Under the pieces are notes generated by a model. That model did no database searches and was not told the origin of the DNA. It was given only the letters and a program-made list of their open reading frames with translations. A stretch of 60,826 bases of DNA, the filler included, from Dugesia japonica (taxonomy: Eukaryota): assembly GCA_001938525.1 (NCBI GenBank). It is 6 parts of 6 records of this genome, joined end to end, with 100 filler letters (N's around TTAATTAATTAA, not from the genome) between each part and the next. Parts side by side here need not be neighbours in the genome. Positions count along the whole stretch, not along the records: positions 50,783 to 60,826 come from MQRL01600742.1; 5 more parts are not named here. One strand, given 5' to 3'. Both the position numbers and the translations under genes were made by a program. Below are positions 53,384 through 60,826 of the stretch, in pieces; position 1 is the first letter of the stretch; each line of letters opens with the position of its first letter.

Positions 53384-56300
53384 TTTTGGAGTCCCACCTG
53401 AGTTGAGTCACAAGGAAAAATGGCTGGGGAAAAATCAGCCCTCAGGTAAACCCTTTCAAGAATTTACCCTACCGTCCCTGTAGTAGGTTTTCAGTTTATG
53501 GCGGTTGACCTTACTCTTAATGGAAGGTGCTCACCGATAAACCTTTAATTTCGGGTTCTATATTTTTCCCTATTATTAAAAAAAATTAAATTACAACGCT
53601 GATTAAATATTTTATTAAAATTAAACATTTTAGAGCAGATCCAATGCTCTCGGATCTAGCCACTGGTCAGGGGACGTTACTACGAAATTGAACGCAGCGA
53701 CATCGTCATCGTCATCCCATGGCGCTACATTGGGATTGCCAATTTGTCGGTACAGGTCAGCAATATATTGCTTCAAAAAGTCGATTTTTCGCTGCAATAA
53801 TTGCTTCGTTTCGGCTTCTAATGCCTTGGTCTGGATAGCAAGGTCATTTTGTTTCTTTATGATGGTGTCTAATTTTTTAATTAACTGGTCTCGTTGCGCC
53901 AGATGCTTTCATATGGCTTTGTCGGCCTTACACTTCAGGTGCTGTTCCAGAAGAAGGCGGCGCATAATGCGATGACATCTTCTAAGGTTATTTGGGAACT
54001 GAATGCGTGGCACTAAAAATTAACAAAATATAATGAAGGTTAATATCATTGAAATTGTCATCAACGAACTAAACAAAGAAATTGAAAAAATTCAAGGTCA
54101 AGAGACATAAAAACTCATATATTTTTATAAATGTCAAACGTGGGGATTAAGTTTGGTCTGGGTGCCCTTATCAATCATAAGGGGCTCCAGATAAGATTTC
54201 TCTTTTAAAATGAGAATATCTTTGACCAGTTTATTCTCGCGGTCATGGCTTGACCGGATAATCTCAGCGAAGGATTCCACCTGGGCCTTCCATACCCGCT
54301 CTTAATTTTGTACCATCTTCATTTTGTCGCGGACATTTATACATTTGGTTTTGTACCGCTTTACTTTAGCGTTAATGGTTGCGATTTCTGCCTCCCAACG
54401 CCTCTTGGCCAATTTATATAGTTCTCAGGTAATCTCTCTATCCTCGTTATCCTCGCGTAGTTTTTTTGTTGGGGCTTGTGATCGGTTTAAAGACGAGTGC
54501 ACTAAAATACAATTTACATAACATTTAAGAATTCTACGGAAGACTGAATTTAAAAAATAAAAAAAAATACGGTCAATAAGACAAGAATTATTTAGTTATA
54601 ATTTACTAAAGAAAACAAATATCGTTTTAAATTTTATTTCAGGACTAGAATGTTAAACTAACACGTCGGAATGCTCCTCTACATTTTCATCATTAGTACT
54701 AATTAATGCGTTTCGAACTCCCCACAGATTGTTCTGTATAAAGGATGTGAGTTGTGCCGTGGGAGGCAAGAAACTCGTAGTAAGGCCGACCGATGAAGGG
54801 CCATCGTGTCAGACACGTTCTATTGGTGGGATTTCTGCCGAACGTTCAAAGGAAAGAGTTGCTGGGGGGTGGCGACCGGGTCTCTACGTGGACCTCGCCA
54901 ACTATAGTAAGCAGCTCGTTCGGTTGCATCCCATTGCCGCTAATTATCAGCTATTTCAGGAGGTAGATTGGTGTTATAGACCAACACACTGGCATCCCGG
55001 TTATATGGGTTCCGATATCTTTTGAAGGTTGTCTTACCAGTGTAGATATCTAGGCATACCTCCCATTTAGATTCCATGTCTGTTTATTTATCTTCTATAA
55101 TAAATAGCCGATTAAGCAAATTTTTATTTACCAAAAATGAAGTATATTTAATTAGTATCTAGTTTATATTCAGGAGAAATAAACCACAAGTAAAATAAAA
55201 CATCGAATTTTAATTCATAAACAATATATGACACTTGACTGAATACACTTCGACTGAGAGATTATACCATTGATTTAGCTAGTGTGGTTACTCCTCATTC
55301 ATGTCCACTCTATGTTCAAGAGGAAACATCTCAACGAAACACTGAAGGTCAGTTTCGTCGGGGTGCTCCACTCTGCCTTTTGTCAGATAGTGGACGATCA
55401 ATTGTTTTAGGCGAGTGGCTTGCCGTTGCTTTCTTATCTGACGTAGAAGGTCTCGAAATGTTGACGCCCTCATCTAATCACAAAACACAATTTTAATTTT
55501 TTATAGTAACCCCTGCCTCTGTTACACCTTTGAAGGGAGATTTGGCTGTGGTCGGCCTATTTTATAATGCTGTCACTTGGCTGAATCAAATCACTAATCT
55601 CCCAGTTTATTATTATAAAACCCAATCACATCTTATTGGGTAATTTTTTGTCTTAATATGAGTCCGGTTTCAAAGCCACTCCATAGAATTGATAGTGATA
55701 TTAATTAGATCGAACCGAGAATTAGACATTGGGTTTACAGGGATCATACCCGTAGTTTTCGCAGGCATGTACCATCAGTCATATTAGTAATAACAAATGA
55801 AAGAATTAATATTAGCCCTACTACTAATAACGGTATTAGCAAGATCCTTCCAAAGTAGTCAAGCTTATCAGTGATTTTAACATAGTACAGATTATCCCAA
55901 TACTCGTAACGTGGATGAAGATGGCTAGAAAATTTTAATAATATAATACTGTTACTCTCAATGCTAACAAGAATATTAATATTAATAATGTCACTAATAA
56001 ACCATAACAATAAAAAACGTTAGTAACCATAATATCACTAATCACCTCGTCAATAATAATAAAATGCAAATATCCGAATAAAATTTATAATAACAATACT
56101 ACTCCTATTATGAGGTTAAGAATTAATGAATAATAATAACCCTTACAATATATTAATAATAATCATGATAAAGCACTAAGATTCCCAATAATAATATTAG
56201 TTACAACCATGGAGGTATCAGTGCAATATTTAAACAGGACTAGTATCAGAGAAATTAAAAAAAACAGAATATTTGATTTGTATTTCGTCACTACAAGCTC

Positions 56301-58339
56301 AGAAGCCTCCCAAAATATCCGAGTGTTATTATATAATTATTGTATTCAAATTCCGGCCTTACATCGTTGCTTGGCGACTAAGTTAATCTATTCTACATGC
56401 ACACGTACTCGAGGTTAGACGGTAAATTACACCACTACTTGGCTAATTCTAATCATTAACGCAGAATGTATATTGCATAATTTTCCATGAAAAACAATGA
56501 TACCCGAAAAGTGGAATTTATTTGGCTCAAATCGTGACTAATCAATTCTTTTTCCTTTTTATTTATGCCATGCAAAACTGCAGACACATTTTGATTATGT
56601 TAGGCATTTTTGATTGACGAGTTGGATTTATGGATTTTATCGCCAAAACTAGAGTTATCTCGTGTGTCGTTTCGAACGGATATTATTATTTATTTTGGAT
56701 GAATAACTTTCTAGTGATAGAATAGTGAGTTATTTTGTTAAAACATTAAATAAATTCATTTAGTAGTTGTTTCTTAATCTATGTATTAATAGCTAATTTG
56801 TTTTAAAATTTACCTAAAATATATCAAATAGGAGTAACATTTATTAATTTCTTATTTATTTGTCAATCCCTGTATTGGTTATATGCAAAGTGTTTCTTCT
56901 AAAATTGATTATCATTTCATAGCAAGGAACTTCAGTTAATACTGTGATTTATCTAGTCAGTAATTTTCATTGATTACCCTAGAGTAAACTACTTTCAATT
57001 TGAATTTTATTTATTATCACATGGATTTAAAGTTTCTAATTTTGACTTATTCACTAATCAGATTACTAATTAAACATTGTGCAAATTATTTTGAATTTGA
57101 ATATTATTAAAGAGACTCAGGCTACTAACGTTGAATTATTTCTTAACGCATATCTAAACATAATGTAAATCATTTTTAATTTGAAATTTCTCAACGAGAC
57201 TTAAGCTTCTATTTCTGCTATTTTATCTAATAGTTAAACATAAAATAAAATTCAAAAAAGGAAAATTTTTAATAACATTAATTATGAAATAGACACACCA
57301 TTATAAAATACATATTAAAATTTACTTTTCAAATCAGCAACTATTCTGGTTTAACAACAGTTAAATATGGGAGGATGGCGATAGCAAATTTCGGTAGACG
57401 ATTACTTCTTCTGTGGCTTACTAAAATACTCAGAATTTTATTCTCTCGACCCGAGTTTTCTTCCCGTACGATATCACGATGGCAATTTTTATTGAAGGGT
57501 ATTCTAGAAGAATTTATTACAAGTGAAGCTATTTCAGTCTCCAACTAACTGTTTGAATAGTTAATTTTAGTGGTGGTTGATTTCTCGAACCAATGATGAA
57601 CAATTTTTTCAAAGGCTTAAATTAGGTCTTATCAAGGATTAACGTATGAAAAATAATGATAATAATGAATTAATTTACTAAAATCAGAGATCTATTTTAT
57701 AGGGTTTATCTTAGAACCCGTCTTCTTTTAGATTTGCTGACTATTTTTAGATCAGCCTCTTTTTGATTCTATTGGTTTCATCCCCCAATCTTTATAATTT
57801 TCTACAAATTTTTTGTGCTATGATTGGCAGCTATTTTTATCAGGCCACATGATATTTGGTTCTTTGTTATATTTTTAATTTCAGGTTTTCTATTGGCCGG
57901 ATCTTAGGAACCTTGCGGTACCCTTCTGGAAGGTGGTAAGTTTTCCTTCTTCGGGAATTTAATTGCACTTGGCTATTTTCTCTTTATTTTTTCTTGTCCT
58001 GATTCTTTCCGACTTCCAGGACCAAAGTTATCCAAGGAAAATAGATTTTTGATTAATTTTGTTTCTTTTTTATTTTAAAATTAATTAATTTTCTTTTGTT
58101 AATTAATTATTTTTCTCATTGCTTTTCTTCGCTGTTTATTATTAAATTAATAATTGCTTTTAATTTCCCAAGTAAGTTGCTCAGTTTATCATATTCACCT
58201 TTGATTTTATTTCGTTCCCTTCCAATATTGATTTCAGACCTTATTTTTCTATTACAGGTGATTATTGTGGTTCTATTATTATTATACGTTGATTTATCTT
58301 TTCGGCTTGTTCCCGTTTAGCGGGTGTTTCACCCCAACA
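53384..58339 (+). mobile_element. Apparently complete ~4.96-kb LTR-like unit with antisense 4-ORF cassette (copy 2)
   Basis: Degenerate start ttttggagt, end accccaaca, ATAA on both sides. Minus-strand ORFs D 55288-55473, C 54653-55077, A 54134-54501, B 53630-54012. Continuity of the middle part is inferred. Confidence 0.6.
55288..55473 (-). CDS. Orphan 61-aa cassette ORF D (open in copy 2)
   Basis: gattag|ATG start; the homologue in copy 1 conserves IR.QRQ..R..QLI.H.LT.G...HP.ETDLQCF.EMFPLE. Confidence 0.55.
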   Translation of the reverse strand: MRASTFRDLLRQIRKQRQATRLKQLIVHYLTKGRVEHPDETDLQCFVEMFPLEHRVDMNEE

Positions 58340-58590
58340 ATAATAATGATAATAACAGTAAGAATAATACTAATAATANNNNNNNNNNNNNNNNNNNNNN
58401 NNNNNNNNNNNNNNNNNNNNNNNNNNNNNNNNNNNNNNNNNNNNNNNNNNNNNNNNNNNNNNNNNNNNNNNNNNNNNNNNNNNNNNNNNNNNNNNNNNNN
58501 NNNNNNNNNNNNNNNNNNNNNNNNNNNNNNNNNNNNNNNNNNNNNNNNNNNNNNNNNNNNNNNNNNNNNNNNNNNNNNNNNNNNNNNNNN

Positions 58591-58649
<59 letters not shown>

Positions 58650-58700
58650 CATAATAACAATTATCATAATAATGATAATCATAATAATAACCACAGTAAT
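58591..58700. repeat. (AAT)n microsatellite between LTR-like units
   Basis: perfect then degenerate aat run. Confidence 0.95.
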
Positions 58701-58719
58701 AGTAACGAGAAGTTTACTA

Positions 58720-60090
58720 GTCTGATTAAACATAATCACAAAGAGGTAATTACTAATAATCAGGCAAAAAATATATATAACTAAGTCATCTAAATGCATA
58801 CGATCATGGATAGTCGGTAATCCGAATGACTGTGTCCACCCCCGGGTTTCAGCGTATTTACTCTCACTTGTTTAAAATTTATAATCCCATGCTAATTATA
58901 TTTTCTGGTTTGCACTGTGACAATTGCATGTCAAGTTGCCAATGGTTAAGGACAGTGGAAATTACTCCCTGCGGTATTATGGCCGAAAAACAACATGCTG
59001 CATTGACACAGAACACCATCGATTTGATATTACGGTTGCTATTTTTCTCTATCATTAATTGAAAGAGAAAATATATTTGAAGAATAAATAACTAATTTCG
59101 GATTAAACGTTGTATTTTTGTACAGTTAAAATTAAATTTAACAACACTATTTATTACATCATACTACATTTTCAGTGTTAAATTTCTCACTAATTTTCTT
59201 CTAGTAGTAGAATACTTTGTCCACTTGAAGAAAATTCAATTGATTTGTTACATGTTTCTACGATGAACAATAAAGTGACTTTACGTACTCCTGGTTTTGC
59301 ACTAGTAAAGTAAAATTTGACGATAATGCTGGTAATGCCAAGTAACTTTTATAAAGTGATACAGTCTTGGTGTTAGTTTTTGTTAAAGTTTTTTGTTGTT
59401 TTTTCACTAAACTTTCCATGGCTTATATAGGACTTTGGTTGCATCCCGACTGTGTTCTTGTTGGTCGGTTATTTTTAGTTTGAATCTTTTAAATTTCATT
59501 GGATCTGATGTCAATCTTCGGAGAGTTCTGGAATTCTGATTGGTAGCTATTTTTGGATTGTCAGGTGAGATTTTGTTCTTTGTTTTATTTTATTTTCAGG
59601 TATTTCATTGGTCCAGTTTTCAGGGTACTACCACAGTATTCTGGGTGATGGTAAGGTTTATTACTGGTGAAATATTGATGAACCAGTCTGAGTCCTTCCA
59701 AAATTTATTTACGCTGAGCTTCTCGGATTTCCTGGAGCAAAGATATTTAGCATAAACGAATTTTTTGTTTAATTTTCCTTTATTTTAGAACTTAATTAAT
59801 TATTATTTTCTTTATAATTAATTCTTTTGATTAATAATTTTCTTGTTTCTTTACTAACAATTTAATAATTTTCTTTAATTGATTACATTAATGGATGTTG
59901 GCTTGATGACCCAAGTTCATTGTTGTCGGGTTTCTCTTAGGTTGTTCATTCACTCATTAATTTACACCTTGTTCGATGGTTGTACTCGTTCTTTTAACCG
60001 TTTTTGGTGCCTTATAATTCTTTCCCGTATTTTATAATCAATGATCGCCTTGATCTTGCTTCTTCCTTTATTGTGTGTTTCACCCCAACA
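58720..60090 (+). mobile_element. Diverged right part of another LTR-like unit
   Basis: 59560-59760 is homologous to 57845-58050; ends gtttcaccccaaca followed by an AAT-rich tract; left boundary uncertain. Confidence 0.65.
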
Positions 60091-60826
60091 ATACTAATAA
60101 CTATAATAATAATGTGGGATCATGTGGGAATTAATGGTAATGTTATTGCTAGCCTTAATAATGATAATAATGTGAAGAATAATAATAAGAATGATAATAA
60201 TGATGGTAACAATAGCAATAACAATAATAATAATAATAATAATACTAACAATAACTAATAATAACGATAAATAATGATGATAAATAATAATCACACCACT
60301 AATAATAAGCATGATAGAGTTAATCATGAAATCAACCAAATTAGTACTGATGAAGGGATAGCAAATGCATTATCCATGACATTAGACATAGACACATTTT
60401 TGATTACACAAGAATGATGGCAGCAGTGAATCATTATGAATTTCAAAGCTAGGACATGTTTACTCGGTTAAAGCCCAGCTAATGATGATTATCAGTGAAA
60501 AATTTAGTTGATCAACAATTCCGAAAATATTAGCTGACAGTGCGAAGTATACCAGTCGACTGTGGGTATTGATACTTTTATGAATCATCAGTAAAGAGAC
60601 TAGAATTAATTGTTAACTAGCAAGATTATGGAATGAATAACTACTAGTAGAGAAAAAATTCCGTGAACGTTGCTAATTGCTGATTCAGTCAAATTTATCA
60701 AAAAAAAATATTTTCCTTTTCTATTGCTTTGGCATTCTTTTTTTGTGACAATTAGATAGTGGCGCACTGTATCACCCCCCCCCTCAAGGTCAAATTTTTT
60801 CAAGGTCGATGATACAGTAAACCTGT

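Noticed and set aside
58265-58799. Poly-I/poly-N ORFs in the ORF track (also 60004-60339 and 17006-17206)
   Set aside because: Translations of AAT microsatellite and N gaps

Overview
Very AT-rich, repeat-dense eukaryotic (animal) draft sequence. It is built from about six separate ~9-13 kb pieces joined by artificial N-TTAATTAATTAA-N linkers, so adjacency across linkers is not real. A planarian-type genome is a guess only. Host genes are few: the last three exons of a spliced GCAT/KBL gene (6028-6806) and an intact intronless 364-aa protein with three tandem CENP-B/pipsqueak-type HTH repeats. The rest is mobile DNA: decayed mariner/Tc1, hAT, Ty3/Gypsy elements and a solo LTR, Penelope-like remnants with a minimal hammerhead motif, and two distinct Maverick/Polinton (adintovirus-like) relics (capsid cluster at 18.7-27.8 kb around a ~460-bp palindrome; integrase plus penton at 48.9-50.35 kb). 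The most unusual structure is at 50.8-60.1 kb: an array of ~5-kb TGTTGGGGT...ACCCCAACA-bounded, LTR-like units set in (AAT)n tracts. These carry an antisense cassette of four orphan ORFs, each flanked by a splice acceptor and usually a poly(A) signal, with two ORFs apparently needing splicing to form their start codon. They also carry a covarying structured 5' region and a conserved 51-nt sense exon. Family assignments come from motif recognition by eye; no searches were run.
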